From a phage: a DNA stretch of 64,000 nt. The DNA lies in the sequence record PZ445536.1; one strand, 5' to 3'. This document shows, piece after piece, positions 1 to 11,584 of the stretch; the stretch's first letter is position 1; every line of letters begins with the position of its first letter. A program made the translations under genes and the position numbers. The notes beneath the pieces were generated by a model. It worked only from the letters and a program-made list of their open reading frames with translations. It had not been told where the DNA came from and ran no database searches.

Positions 1-32
1 AATATATTAAAGCATATTAAAGAGGATTAAAA

Positions 33-2012
33 ATGACTTTATTATCTCCGGGCATTGAGCTCAAAGAAACTACGGTTCAAAGCACCGTGGTTAATAACTC
101 TACTGGTACAGCAGCTTTGGCCGGTAAATTCCAGTGGGGTCCTGCTTTTCAGATTAAACAGGTTACAAATGAAGTAGATTTAGTTAATACTTTTGGTCAA
201 CCAACAGCTGAAACTGCTGATTATTTTATGTCTGCGATGAATTTCTTGCAGTACGGAAATGACTTACGAGTAGTTCGTGCTGTTGATAGAGATACCGCTA
301 AAAACTCATCTCCGATTGCTGGTAATATTGAATACACAATTTCTACCCCAGGTAGTAACTATGCAGTTGGAGATAAAATCACGGTCAAATATGTTTCAGA
401 TGATATTGAAACTGAAGGTAAAATTACTGAAGTAGACGCAGATGGAAAAATTAAGAAAATTAATATTCCTACTGCAAAAATTATCGCTAAAGCGAAAGAA
501 GTCGGTGAATACCCAACATTAGGTTCTAACTGGACTGCAGAAATTTCTTCGTCTTCCTCTGGTTTAGCCGCAGTAATAACTCTTGGAAAAATTATTACTG
601 ATTCTGGTATTTTATTAGCTGAAATTGAAAATGCTGAAGCTGCTATGACAGCGGTTGACTTTCAAGCAAATCTCGAAAAATACGGAATTCCAGGAGTAGT
701 AGCTCTTTATCCAGGCGAATTAGGCGATAAAATTGAAATTGAAATTGTATCTAAAGCTGACTATGCAAAAGGAGCTTCTGCATTACTCCCAATTTATCCA
801 GGTGGTGGTACTCGTGCATCTACTGCTAAAGCAGTGTTTGGATATGGACCACAAACTGATTCACAGTACGCTATTATAGTTCGTCGTAATGATGCTATTG
901 TTCAGAGTGTTGTTCTTTCAACTAAGCGTGGTGAAAAAGATATTTACGATAGTAACATCTATATCGATGACTTTTTCGCAAAAGGTGGTTCAGAATATAT
1001 TTTTGCAACTGCACAAAACTGGCCAGAAGGCTTCTCTGGAATTTTAACTCTTTCTGGTGGATTATCATCAAATGCTGAAGTTACAGCAGGAGATTTGATG
1101 GAAGCTTGGGACTTCTTTGCTGACCGTGAATCCGTTGATGTTCAACTGTTTATTGCGGGTTCTTGTGCCGGTGAATCTTTAGAAACAGCATCTACTGTTC
1201 AAAAACACGTCGTTTCAATTGGGGATGCTCGCCAAGATTGCTTAGTATTGTGCTCACCACCGCGTGAAACTGTAGTTGGAATTCCTGTAACTCGTGCAGT
1301 AGATAATTTAGTTAACTGGAGAACTGCAGCAGGTTCATACACTGATAATAACTTTAATATCAGTTCAACCTATGCAGCAATCGATGGCAACTACAAATAT
1401 CAGTATGACAAATATAATGATGTGAATCGTTGGGTTCCATTAGCAGCTGATATTGCTGGTTTATGCGCAAGAACTGATAACGTATCTCAGACTTGGATGT
1501 CTCCAGCTGGTTATAATCGTGGCCAGATTCTTAACGTTATTAAACTTGCTATTGAAACTCGCCAGGCTCAGCGCGACCGTTTATACCAAGAAGCTATCAA
1601 CCCGGTAACTGGTACAGGTGGTGATGGTTACGTATTGTATGGTGATAAAACAGCTACTTCTGTTCCTTCTCCGTTTGATCGTATTAACGTTCGTCGTCTG
1701 TTTAATATGTTGAAAACGAATATCGGACGTAGTTCAAAATATCGTTTGTTCGAATTAAACAACGCGTTTACTCGTTCATCATTCCGCACAGAAACTGCCC
1801 AGTACTTGCAGGGAATTAAAGCTCTCGGTGGAATTTATGAATATCGTGTAGTTTGCGATACAACAAATAACACTCCGTCAGTAATTGATAGAAATGAGTT
1901 TGTTGCAACATTCTACATCCAACCGGCTCGTAGTATAAATTATATCCAACTTAATTTCGTCGCAACTGCTACTGGTGCAGATTTTGATGAGTTAACTGGT
2001 CTTGCAGGTTAA
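33..2012 (+). CDS. 18: tail sheath protein (gp18-like), 659 aa
   Basis: ATG at 33 with AGAGGA RBS upstream; length and N-terminus MTLLSPGIELKETTVQ match the T4-type contractile sheath protein. Confidence 0.93.
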   Translation: MTLLSPGIELKETTVQSTVVNNSTGTAALAGKFQWGPAFQIKQVTNEVDLVNTFGQPTAETADYFMSAMNFLQYGNDLRVVRAVDRDTAKNSSPIAGNIEYTISTPGSNYAVGDKITVKYVSDDIETEGKITEVDADGKIKKINIPTAKIIAKAKEVGEYPTLGSNWTAEISSSSSGLAAVITLGKIITDSGILLAEIENAEAAMTAVDFQANLEKYGIPGVVALYPGELGDKIEIEIVSKADYAKGASALLPIYPGGGTRASTAKAVFGYGPQTDSQYAIIVRRNDAIVQSVVLSTKRGEKDIYDSNIYIDDFFAKGGSEYIFATAQNWPEGFSGILTLSGGLSSNAEVTAGDLMEAWDFFADRESVDVQLFIAGSCAGESLETASTVQKHVVSIGDARQDCLVLCSPPRETVVGIPVTRAVDNLVNWRTAAGSYTDNNFNISSTYAAIDGNYKYQYDKYNDVNRWVPLAADIAGLCARTDNVSQTWMSPAGYNRGQILNVIKLAIETRQAQRDRLYQEAINPVTGTGGDGYVLYGDKTATSVPSPFDRINVRRLFNMLKTNIGRSSKYRLFELNNAFTRSSFRTETAQYLQGIKALGGIYEYRVVCDTTNNTPSVIDRNEFVATFYIQPARSINYIQLNFVATATGADFDELTGLAG

Positions 2013-2020
2013 TTGATTAT

Positions 2021-2036
2021 GGGGCTTCGGCCCCTA
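2021..2036 (+). terminator. GC hairpin GGGGC-UUCG-GCCCC immediately after gene 18 stop
   Basis: perfect 5-bp GC stem with UUCG tetraloop directly after TAA of gene 18; overlaps first ATG of the next ORF. Confidence 0.6.
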
Positions 2037-2051
2037 TTCTCGAGGAAACAA

Positions 2052-2657
2052 GTGATTATTTCTAAGTTTGTTACAATAAAACCAAGAAATCATTCAAAAA
2101 TGTGGTCGACAATTCTGGGATATAAAGTATCATATCATGATACACTATCTGTTCCAATAGAATTAATGCCAAAGAATAGTAATAAAATAGTTGACGCTAA
2201 ATGTGATTTGTGTGGTATTAAATTTAGTAGAAGCATTCAGCTTTTAAATAGAACACCCACGCATGCATGTAGAAAATGTAGCATTAAACAAGTTGCTATT
2301 AAAAATTCGGAAGTTCAATCTGGAATAAGTAGACCATGGCAAAGAGGTGATAAACATCCTCGATGGACTGGTAAAAGAAAAGAGTTTGCATTATATGCTA
2401 GTAGAGTTCATTCTATAACTAAGTCAGCTAAAATAAGAAAAATCTGGTCAAAATGGCCAAATGCTGATAAAATAGGAGTGTGTGGCGTAGAAGGTGCTTA
2501 CCAACTCGATCATAAAGTATCTATCAAATATGGATTTGATAATTTAATTCCGCCGGAAATTATAGCAAGCGTAAAAAATTTAGAAATAATCACTTGGGAA
2601 TCTAACCGAGAAAAGTCAAAAAGAAATAGCGTAGATCTTTGGGATTTACTAGAATGA
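2052..2657 (+). CDS. HNH-family homing-endonuclease-like protein (free-standing, mob-like)
   Basis: ORF track 2013..2657; two CxxC pairs (CDLCG, CRKCS) followed by an HNH-like motif (LDHKVSIKYGFDN...NLEIITWESNREKSKRN); start uncertain: GTG at 2052 has a GAGGA RBS, alternative ATG at 2019 or 2100. Confidence 0.6.
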   Translation: MIISKFVTIKPRNHSKMWSTILGYKVSYHDTLSVPIELMPKNSNKIVDAKCDLCGIKFSRSIQLLNRTPTHACRKCSIKQVAIKNSEVQSGISRPWQRGDKHPRWTGKRKEFALYASRVHSITKSAKIRKIWSKWPNADKIGVCGVEGAYQLDHKVSIKYGFDNLIPPEIIASVKNLEIITWESNREKSKRNSVDLWDLLE

Positions 2658-2664
2658 TTCTAAA

Positions 2665-2682
2665 GGCCTGTTTCGGCAGGCC
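2665..2682 (+). terminator. hairpin GGCCTG-loop-CAGGCC after the HNH ORF
   Basis: 6-bp inverted repeat directly after the TGA at 2655..2657; no clear U-tract. Confidence 0.4.
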
Positions 2683-2683
2683 A

Positions 2684-2691
2684 TATAAATA
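2684..2691 (+). promoter_or_regulatory. late promoter motif TATAAATA (distal copy upstream of gene 19)
   Basis: exact TATAAATA match on + strand. Confidence 0.5.
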
Positions 2692-2742
2692 CACTATATC
2701 CTTAATTCTTTAATTCTATATGCCCTAGGTTAAACATAGGGA

Positions 2743-2750
2743 TATAAATA
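2743..2750 (+). promoter_or_regulatory. late promoter TATAAATA for gene 19
   Basis: exact TATAAATA 15 nt upstream of the gene 19 ATG. Confidence 0.7.
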
Positions 2751-2764
2751 CTACAGAGGCTAAT

Positions 2765-3256
2765 ATGTTTGTAGATGATGTAACACGAGCGTTTGAATCT
2801 GGTGATTTTGCTCGACCTAACTTATTCCAAGTAGAAATTTCTTATCTTGGACAAAATTTTACGTTCCAATGTAAAGCCACTGCTTTACCAGCTGGTATTG
2901 TAGAAAAAATTCCAGTCGGATTTATGAACCGTAAAATTAACGTGGCAGGCGATCGTACATTCGATGACTGGACTGTTACAGTAATGAACGATGAGGCACA
3001 TGATGCTCGCCAGAAGTTCGTTGATTGGCAAAGCATTGCTGCTGGTCAAGGAAACGAAATTACTGGTGGAAAACCTGCAGAGTATAAAAAGAGCGCTATC
3101 GTTCGTCAATATGCTCGTGACGCTAAAACAGTAACAAAAGAAATTGAAATTAAAGGTCTGTGGCCTACTAACGTGGGTGAACTTCAATTAGATTGGGATT
3201 CAAACAATGAAATCCAAACCTTTGAAGTAACTCTTGCTCTCGATTATTGGGAATAA
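2765..3256 (+). CDS. 19: tail tube protein (gp19-like), 163 aa
   Basis: ATG with AGAGG RBS; 163-aa product, position after the sheath gene. Confidence 0.92.
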   Translation: MFVDDVTRAFESGDFARPNLFQVEISYLGQNFTFQCKATALPAGIVEKIPVGFMNRKINVAGDRTFDDWTVTVMNDEAHDARQKFVDWQSIAAGQGNEITGGKPAEYKKSAIVRQYARDAKTVTKEIEIKGLWPTNVGELQLDWDSNNEIQTFEVTLALDYWE

Positions 3257-3262
3257 AATGAA

Positions 3263-3278
3263 TGGGGAGAAATCCCCA
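3263..3278 (+). terminator. hairpin UGGGGA-GAAA-UCCCCA after gene 19
   Basis: 6-bp stem with GNRA-type loop just after the gene 19 stop. Confidence 0.5.
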
Positions 3279-3288
3279 TCCTGCTTAA

Positions 3289-4913
<1,625 letters not shown>

Positions 4914-4914
<1 letters not shown>

Positions 4915-5153
4915 TGGAAGGTTTAATTGAAGCTATTAAATCAAACGACCTCGTAGCCGCTCGTAAATTATTTGCTGAAGCCATGGCTGCAAGAACGACT
5001 GATTTAATTAAAGAAGAAAAAATCGCTATCGCTCGTAATTTCTTAATCGAAGGTGAAGAACCTGATGACGAGGATGATGACGAAGACGAAGATAGTGATG
5101 ATAAAGACGACAAAAAAGACAAAGACTCTGACGAAGACGAGGATGATGAATAA
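4914..5153 (+). CDS. 67: prohead core protein (gp67-like) with poly-acidic C-terminus
   Basis: TAATG overlap with gene 20; 79 aa ending in a D/E-rich tail. Confidence 0.85.
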
Positions 5154-5578
5154 TGCTTCTGATCCCTGAAACTCATGAATTAGTTCTCGAGAATGTCGAA
5201 GCACTTATTCCTGAAGCACAGGGTCGCTTTGACGAATTGTCTTCTGCTTTAAATAAAGACGATATAAATACAATTGTCGAGAATATGCTTGATGATGAAA
5301 CTGATTTAGCGGTTGCATTAGCTTCTATTAATGAAAATATGCCGTTAAATGAATTTATCGTTAAACATGTTTCTGCCCGTGGTGAAATTACTCGCACTAA
5401 AGATCGCAAAACCCGCGAACGTAATGCATTTCAAACTACCGGGTTGTCTAAAGCAAAACGTAGACAAATTGCTCGTAAAGCTACCAAAACGAAGATTGCC
5501 AATCCAGCAGGTCAATCTCGTGCTCAGCGTAAGCGTAAAAAAGCTCTTAAACGCCGTAAAGCATTAGGATTAAGCTAA
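5153..5578 (+). CDS. 68: prohead core protein (gp68-like), basic C-terminus
   Basis: TAATG overlap with gene 67; 141 aa; K/R-rich C-terminal 40 residues. Confidence 0.85.
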
Positions 5579-6216
5579 TGAATGAACCCCAATTACTAAT
5601 TGAAACTTGGGGTCAACCTGGCGAAATTATTGATGGCGTACCAATGCTTGAATCTCATGATGGAAAAGACTTAGGCTTAAAACCTGGTTTATACATCGAA
5701 GGAATATTCATGCAAGCGGAAGTCGTCAATAGAAATAAACGTCTTTATCCAAAACGTATATTAGAAAAAGCGGTAAAAGACTATATTAATGAGCAAGTTT
5801 TAACTAAACAAGCTCTCGGAGAATTAAATCATCCTCCACGCGCTAATGTTGACCCGATGCAAGCCGCTATCATTATAGAAGATATGTGGTGGAAAGGAAA
5901 TGACGTATACGGACGAGCTCGTGTTATTGAAGGTGACCATGGTCCTGGAGATAAATTAGCAGCTAATATTCGTGCCGGATGGATTCCAGGAGTTTCTTCT
6001 CGTGGATTAGGTTCATTGACTGACACAAATAAAGGTTATCGTATCGTAAACGAAGGATTCAAATTAACTGTAGGTGTTGATGCAGTATGGGGTCCAAGTG
6101 CTCCAGATGCATGGGTAACTCCTAAGGAAATTACCGAATCACAGACGGCGGAAGCCGATACAAGTGCCGATGACGCCTATATGGCTCTCGCAGAGGCCAT
6201 GAAAAAAGCGTTATAA
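5578..6216 (+). CDS. 21: prohead core scaffold protease (gp21-like), 212 aa
   Basis: TAATG overlap with gene 68; length and position match T4 gp21. Confidence 0.9.
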   Translation: MNEPQLLIETWGQPGEIIDGVPMLESHDGKDLGLKPGLYIEGIFMQAEVVNRNKRLYPKRILEKAVKDYINEQVLTKQALGELNHPPRANVDPMQAAIIIEDMWWKGNDVYGRARVIEGDHGPGDKLAANIRAGWIPGVSSRGLGSLTDTNKGYRIVNEGFKLTVGVDAVWGPSAPDAWVTPKEITESQTAEADTSADDAYMALAEAMKKAL

Positions 6217-6219
6217 ATA
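6212..6219 (+). promoter_or_regulatory. late promoter TATAAATA for gene 22
   Basis: exact motif overlapping the end of gene 21, about 28 nt before the gene 22 ATG. Confidence 0.65.
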
Positions 6220-6246
6220 TTATTATCTAAACAACAGGACTACAAA

Positions 6247-7056
6247 ATGCTTAAAGAACAACTGATTGCCGAAGCGCAGAAAATTGATGCTTCCGTTGCT
6301 CTTGATAGTATTTTCGAATCAGTTAATATTTCTCCGGAAGCAAAAGAAACTTTCGGCACTGTATTCGAAGCTACCGTCAAGCAGCACGCCGTTAAATTAG
6401 CTGAATCTCATATCGCTAAAATTGCTGAAAAAGCAGAAGAAGAAGTAGAAAAAAATAAAGAAGAAGCAGAAGAAAAAGCTGAGAAGAAAATCGCTGAGCA
6501 AGCTTCTAAATTCCTTGACCATCTTGCAAAAGAATGGCTCACTGAAAATAAATTAGCAGTAGATAAAGGCATTAAAGCCGAACTGTTTGAATCCATGCTT
6601 GGTGGATTGAAAGAGCTCTTCGTTGAACACAACGTTGTTGTTCCAGAAGAATCAGTTGATGTTGTAGCTGAAATGGAAGAAGAACTGCAAGAACATAAAG
6701 AAGAATCAGCTCGTCTGTTCGAAGAACTCAATAAGCGTGACGCATATATCAATTATGTGCAGCGTGAAGTGGCATTGAGCGAAAGTACTAAAGATCTGAC
6801 TGAGTCTCAAAAAGAAAAAGTCTCTGCTCTGGTCGAAGGTATGGATTATTCAGATGCATTCTCAAGTAAATTGAGTGCAATCGTAGAAATGGTGAAGAAA
6901 TCTAATAAAGATGAAAGCACTATTACTGAGAGTATAAATACTCCTGATACTGAAGCAGCCGGACTGAATTTCGTCACTGAAGCTGTAGAAGATAAATCTG
7001 CACAAGGTGCAGAAGATATTGTAAGTGTATATGCGAAAGTCGCATCTCGTTTCTAA
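6247..7056 (+). CDS. 22: prohead scaffolding core protein (gp22-like), 269 aa
   Basis: acidic coiled-coil-like 269-aa protein between the protease and major capsid genes. Confidence 0.9.
   Translation: MLKEQLIAEAQKIDASVALDSIFESVNISPEAKETFGTVFEATVKQHAVKLAESHIAKIAEKAEEEVEKNKEEAEEKAEKKIAEQASKFLDHLAKEWLTENKLAVDKGIKAELFESMLGGLKELFVEHNVVVPEESVDVVAEMEEELQEHKEESARLFEELNKRDAYINYVQREVALSESTKDLTESQKEKVSALVEGMDYSDAFSSKLSAIVEMVKKSNKDESTITESINTPDTEAAGLNFVTEAVEDKSAQGAEDIVSVYAKVASRF
6933..6940 (+). promoter_or_regulatory. late promoter TATAAATA inside the 3-prime end of gene 22 (P23)
   Basis: exact motif about 135 nt upstream of the gene 23 ATG. Confidence 0.6.
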
Positions 7057-7074
7057 TTTTAAAGGTTAACACAA

Positions 7075-8640
7075 ATGACTATCAAAACTAAAGCTGAACT
7101 TTTGAACAAATGGAAGCCATTACTGGAAGGTGAAGGTTTACCGGAAATTGCTAATAGCAAACAAGCGATTATCGCTAAAATCTTTGAAAACCAGGAAAAA
7201 GATTTCCAGACAGCTCCGGAATATAAAGACGAAAAAATTGCTCAGGCATTCGGTTCTTTCTTAACAGAAGCTGAAATTGGTGGTGACCACGGTTACAATG
7301 CTACCAACATCGCTGCAGGTCAGACTTCTGGCGCAGTAACCCAGATTGGCCCGGCTGTTATGGGTATGGTACGTCGTGCTATTCCTAACCTGATTGCTTT
7401 CGATATTTGCGGTGTTCAGCCGATGAACAGCCCGACTGGTCAGGTATTCGCACTGCGCGCAGTATATGGTAAAGACCCAATCGCTTCCGGCGCTAAAGAA
7501 GCATTCCACCCAATGTATGGTCCAGATGCAATGTTCTCTGGTCAGGGTGCTGCTAAGAAATTCGCTGCTTTGAAAGCAAGTGATACTCTTAAAGTCGGAA
7601 CTATTTACACTCACTTCTTCCAGGAAACTGGTACAGTATATCTGCAAGCTACAGAAGTTAAACAAATTGATTCAGGCGCATCTGACGCAGACAAATTAGA
7701 TGCTGAAATTAAGAAACAAATGGAAGCAGGTGTACTGGTAGAAATCGCTGAAGGTATGGCTACTTCTATCGCTGAACTTCAGGAAGGTTTTAACGGTTCT
7801 ACCGATAACCCATGGAATGAAATGGGCTTCCGTATCGATAAGCAAGTTATCGAAGCTAAATCTCGTCAGCTGAAAGCTGCTTACTCTATTGAATTAGCAC
7901 AAGACCTTCGCGCTGTTCATGGTATGGATGCTGATGCTGAACTGTCTGGTATTCTGGCTACCGAAATTATGCTGGAAATCAACCGTGAAGTTGTTGATTG
8001 GATTAACTACTCTGCTCAGGTTGGTAAATCTGGTATGACCCTGACTCCGGGTTCTAAAGCTGGTGTATTTGACTTCCAGGACCCAATCGATATTCGTGGT
8101 GCTCGCTGGGCGGGTGAATCCTTTAAAGCTCTGTTGTTCCAGATTGACAAAGAAGCAGTTGAAATTGCTCGTCAGACCGGTCGTGGTGAAGGTAACTTCA
8201 TTATCGCTTCCCGTAACGTAGTTAACGTTCTGGCTTCAGTTGATACCGGCATTTCTTATGCTGCACAAGGTCTGGCTACCGGCTTTAACACTGATACTAC
8301 CAAGTCAGTATTTGCTGGTGTTCTGGGTGGTAAATACCGTGTATATATCGACCAGTATGCTAAACAGGATTATTTCACTGTAGGTTATAAAGGTCCGAAC
8401 GAAATGGATGCTGGTATTTACTACGCTCCATATGTAGCTCTGACTCCACTGCGTGGTTCTGATCCGAAGAACTTCCAACCGGTAATGGGGTTCAAAACTC
8501 GTTACGGTATCGGTATCAACCCATTTGCAGAATCCGCTGCTCAGGCTCCGGATTCTCGCATTCAGAGTGGTATGCCTTCTATCCTGAACAGCCTTGGTAA
8601 GAACGCTTACTTTAGACGTGTATATGTTAAAGGTATCTAA
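7075..8640 (+). CDS. 23: major capsid protein (gp23-like), 521 aa
   Basis: 521-aa ORF, N-terminus MTIKTKAELLNKW; codon usage visibly richer in GC-ending codons, as expected for a highly expressed gene. Confidence 0.95.
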   Translation: MTIKTKAELLNKWKPLLEGEGLPEIANSKQAIIAKIFENQEKDFQTAPEYKDEKIAQAFGSFLTEAEIGGDHGYNATNIAAGQTSGAVTQIGPAVMGMVRRAIPNLIAFDICGVQPMNSPTGQVFALRAVYGKDPIASGAKEAFHPMYGPDAMFSGQGAAKKFAALKASDTLKVGTIYTHFFQETGTVYLQATEVKQIDSGASDADKLDAEIKKQMEAGVLVEIAEGMATSIAELQEGFNGSTDNPWNEMGFRIDKQVIEAKSRQLKAAYSIELAQDLRAVHGMDADAELSGILATEIMLEINREVVDWINYSAQVGKSGMTLTPGSKAGVFDFQDPIDIRGARWAGESFKALLFQIDKEAVEIARQTGRGEGNFIIASRNVVNVLASVDTGISYAAQGLATGFNTDTTKSVFAGVLGGKYRVYIDQYAKQDYFTVGYKGPNEMDAGIYYAPYVALTPLRGSDPKNFQPVMGFKTRYGIGINPFAESAAQAPDSRIQSGMPSILNSLGKNAYFRRVYVKGI

Positions 8641-8653
8641 TCTTTGACGATTT

Positions 8654-8686
8654 AAGGGACCTTCGGGTCCCTTTAGTTGTTTTTAT
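8654..8686 (+). terminator. intrinsic terminator after gene 23
   Basis: GGGACC-UUCG-GGUCCC hairpin followed by a T-rich tract. Confidence 0.75.
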
Positions 8687-8688
8687 GG

Positions 8689-8696
8689 TATAAATA
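8689..8696 (+). promoter_or_regulatory. late promoter TATAAATA for gene 24
   Basis: exact motif 28 nt upstream of the gene 24 ATG. Confidence 0.7.
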
Positions 8697-8723
8697 AATC
8701 ATATAAACCAAAAGGAAAGCGCA

Positions 8724-10007
8724 ATGGCTAAAATCAACGAACTTCTGCGCGAATCAACCACAACGAATAGCAACTCAATCGGTCGCCCAAATCTCGTTGC
8801 TTTGACTCGCGCTACCACTAAATTAATATATTCTGACATTGTAGCAACGCAAAGAACTAATCAACCTGTTGCTGCTTTTTATGGTATCAAATACCTTAAC
8901 CCAGACAATGAATTTACATTTAAAACTGGTGCTACTTATGCTGGCGAAGCTGGATATGTAGACCGAGAACAAATCACAGAATTAACAGAAGAGTCTAAAT
9001 TAACTCTCAATAAAGGCGATTTATTCAAATATAATAATATCGTTTATAAAGTATTAGAAGATACTCCATTTGCTGATATTGAAGAAAGCGATTTAGAATT
9101 AGCTCTTCAGATTGCAATCGTTCTTTTAAAGGTTCGTCTATTTTCTGATGCAGCGTCAACAAGCAAATTTGAAAGCTCTGATAGTGAAATTGCGGATGCT
9201 AGATTCCAGATTAATAAATGGCAAACCGCAGTTAAATCTCGCAAACTTAAAACTGGTATCACAGTTGAATTAGCACAAGATTTAGAAGCAAACGGATTCG
9301 ATGCTCCTAATTTCTTGGAAGATTTGCTTGCAACTGAAATGGCAGATGAAATCAATAAAGATATTCTGCAGTCTTTGATTACAGTATCAAAACGTTATAA
9401 AGTTACAGGAATTACTGATACTGGATTCATTGATTTGAGTTATGCATCTGCACCTGAAGCTGGTCGTTCATTATATCGAATGGTATGTGAAATGGTTTCA
9501 CATATCCAAAAAGAATCAACTTATACAGCAACGTTCTGTGTTGCTTCAGCTCGTGCTGCTGCGATTCTTGCTGCATCAGGTTGGTTAAAACATAAACCAG
9601 AAGATGATAAATATCTTTCACAAAATGCCTATGGGTTTTTAGCTAATGGTTTACCACTTTATTGCGATACTAACAGCCCATTAGATTATGTAATCGTTGG
9701 CGTAGTAGAAAATATCGGTGAAAAAGAAATTGTTGGATCAATTTTCTATGCTCCGTATACAGAAGGTCTCGACTTAGATGACCCTGAACATGTAGGTGCA
9801 TTTAAAGTTGTTGTTGATCCAGAAAGCTTACAGCCGTCTATCGGTTTATTAGTTAGATATGCTTTATCAGCAAATCCTTATACCGTAGCAAAAGATGAAA
9901 AAGAAGCAAGAATAATTGATGGTGGAGACATGGATAAAATGGCGGGTCGTTCAGATTTGTCTGTTTTATTAGGTGTTAAATTACCAAAAATTATCATTGA
10001 TGAATAA
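8724..10007 (+). CDS. 24: capsid vertex protein (gp24-like), 427 aa
   Basis: 427-aa ORF with sequence similarity to the gp23 fold region; AAGGAAA RBS. Confidence 0.9.
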   Translation: MAKINELLRESTTTNSNSIGRPNLVALTRATTKLIYSDIVATQRTNQPVAAFYGIKYLNPDNEFTFKTGATYAGEAGYVDREQITELTEESKLTLNKGDLFKYNNIVYKVLEDTPFADIEESDLELALQIAIVLLKVRLFSDAASTSKFESSDSEIADARFQINKWQTAVKSRKLKTGITVELAQDLEANGFDAPNFLEDLLATEMADEINKDILQSLITVSKRYKVTGITDTGFIDLSYASAPEAGRSLYRMVCEMVSHIQKESTYTATFCVASARAAAILAASGWLKHKPEDDKYLSQNAYGFLANGLPLYCDTNSPLDYVIVGVVENIGEKEIVGSIFYAPYTEGLDLDDPEHVGAFKVVVDPESLQPSIGLLVRYALSANPYTVAKDEKEARIIDGGDMDKMAGRSDLSVLLGVKLPKIIIDE

Positions 10008-10010
10008 AAC

Positions 10011-10037
10011 AAAGGGACCTTTCGGTCCCTTTTTATT
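10011..10037. terminator. bidirectional terminator between convergent gene 24 and rnlB
   Basis: AAAGGGACC-UUUC-GGUCCCUUU hairpin flanked by A/T tracts on both sides. Confidence 0.7.
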
Positions 10038-11041
10038 TAACTTACCAATTCAATCCAAGCCGGACGAAGTACATCTTGTACCATTTTAACTAATTCCTTT
10101 TTAATCAAAGAAGGATTATCCGCTTGAGTTAGAGTAATACCTTCACGAGAAGTTTCTTCCAAAATATCTTGAACAGTTAGCCCCATCACCTTTCCAAAAT
10201 CCTTTGGACCAATTTCGCCAATTTTAGAAATAACGTTATTTACTCGGTTTAGTGTAACGTAACAAGCTAAAATCCCCACCAATTTGTTATCAGCTTCTGA
10301 CAGTTCAACTTTAGCTTTAATAGGCTTATCAGACTTTTTCTTTTCACTAAATTTAGAATTCTTGCATTTGATGGCTACACGATTGCGATTAGGCAGCCAA
10401 GAAGGATAACAAGGTTTCAATACATATCCTTCAGCGGTAAATACTTCGCCTTTGGCTTCAGCTTTCCAAACACATTTGTTAGCGTCAATTAAACCTGCAT
10501 TATCTACGGTAAAATTATAAGACGGAACAACAGAATCCAAATCATTTGGAAGTTTAATAAGATCTTCAAATTTACCACGACCCAAAAGTGGAGCGATTTT
10601 AAACCCAAATGAATTACAAAACGATTCCATCATGTAATCATCAACATAAGTTACATCACCACTTTCGGTAGTGACAATAATGTCAAATACATAAAAATCT
10701 TTATCGCCATAATCAACATTCTTCTGAATGCCAGGTCCAGCGAATTCGCCAAAAACTTGATAAGTCACAACAGCTGAAGTTTCCATAATATCTTGTACTG
10801 CTTTAATGGAATCTTCGTAATTCTTTAAAATAATTTCATAACCGAAGAAATCTTCAGCAGGAAGAATCGGTCCAGTACGTTTAGCGCAAGTTACTTTATC
10901 ACGCTCAATAATCAATGAGAAATTTGTGCCGTGAATCTTTTCACGAGCTACCCATTCGCCGCCAGTCAATCCTAAGCTATAAAGTTTTTCAATAAATTTA
11001 GAGTTGTAATGATTTTCAAGACTGCTATACTTTTTAAACAT
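10037..11041 (-). CDS. rnlB: RNA ligase 2 (Rnl2-like), 334 aa
   Basis: 334 aa; nucleotidyltransferase motif I KIHGTN (lysine adenylylation site). Confidence 0.88.
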   Translation of the reverse strand: MFKKYSSLENHYNSKFIEKLYSLGLTGGEWVAREKIHGTNFSLIIERDKVTCAKRTGPILPAEDFFGYEIILKNYEDSIKAVQDIMETSAVVTYQVFGEFAGPGIQKNVDYGDKDFYVFDIIVTTESGDVTYVDDYMMESFCNSFGFKIAPLLGRGKFEDLIKLPNDLDSVVPSYNFTVDNAGLIDANKCVWKAEAKGEVFTAEGYVLKPCYPSWLPNRNRVAIKCKNSKFSEKKKSDKPIKAKVELSEADNKLVGILACYVTLNRVNNVISKIGEIGPKDFGKVMGLTVQDILEETSREGITLTQADNPSLIKKELVKMVQDVLRPAWIELVS

Positions 11042-11050
11042 AATTAATCC

Positions 11051-11329
11051 TCAAAATGTAATTTCTAACCAATCACCATCACGCTGATCACTATTAACTT
11101 TAAAGATGAATCCTTCTTTTCTCAGCCAATCACCAATTTCTTCAGTAATCAATTTATCACGAGCAGTACAATAATAACTAAAATATGTTTTACCTTGTTC
11201 AGCTGCTTTATTAGCAAGTTCCGAAAAATCTTTAATAAAACACTCTAGTTTAAACTGTTTGCTTTTAAGTGCTTTTTCGCGTAATCGATTAGCAAAAGAT
11301 TCATTTTCATAAAGATCATACTGTTCCAT
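11051..11329 (-). CDS. hypothetical protein (92 aa)
   Basis: minus-strand ORF in tight array between rnlB and hoc. Confidence 0.6.
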   Translation of the reverse strand: MEQYDLYENESFANRLREKALKSKQFKLECFIKDFSELANKAAEQGKTYFSYYCTARDKLITEEIGDWLRKEGFIFKVNSDQRDGDWLEITF

Positions 11330-11531
11330 TTTTCACCTTTTTATTGATATGTCTTTTTCTATAGACAACTTTTTCTCGAGTTTCAAATTTATTCTTAGCA
11401 GTCATAGCTCGAGCCCATAATACAGCCACTTCTTTTGCCTGTAAGTTTAATTCACGAGCAATTTCAATGAATGACTTTCCAGACTCATGAAGAGTAAACA
11501 CCACAACCTCAGTTCTCATAATCAATCTCAT
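11316..11531 (-). CDS. hypothetical small protein with helix-turn-helix-like segment (71 aa)
   Basis: ATG start; segment SGKSFIEIARELNLQAKEVAVLWARA resembles an HTH. Confidence 0.5.
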   Translation of the reverse strand: MRLIMRTEVVVFTLHESGKSFIEIARELNLQAKEVAVLWARAMTAKNKFETREKVVYRKRHINKKVKNGTV

Positions 11532-11584
11532 GTTATCGAGTTGGTGCCATTATATACATCATTTTCTGATTGTGTTTTGTGTGC

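Noticed and set aside
2721-2742. CCTAGG-containing palindrome (ccctaggttaaacataggg) upstream of gene 19
   Set aside because: Imperfect, short, and adjacent to the late promoter; cannot be separated from chance in AT-rich DNA.
2842-3187. Minus-strand ORFs (64 and 100 aa) inside gene 19
   Set aside because: Antisense to a well-supported structural gene, no RBS, low-complexity products; typical spurious ORFs in AT-rich DNA.
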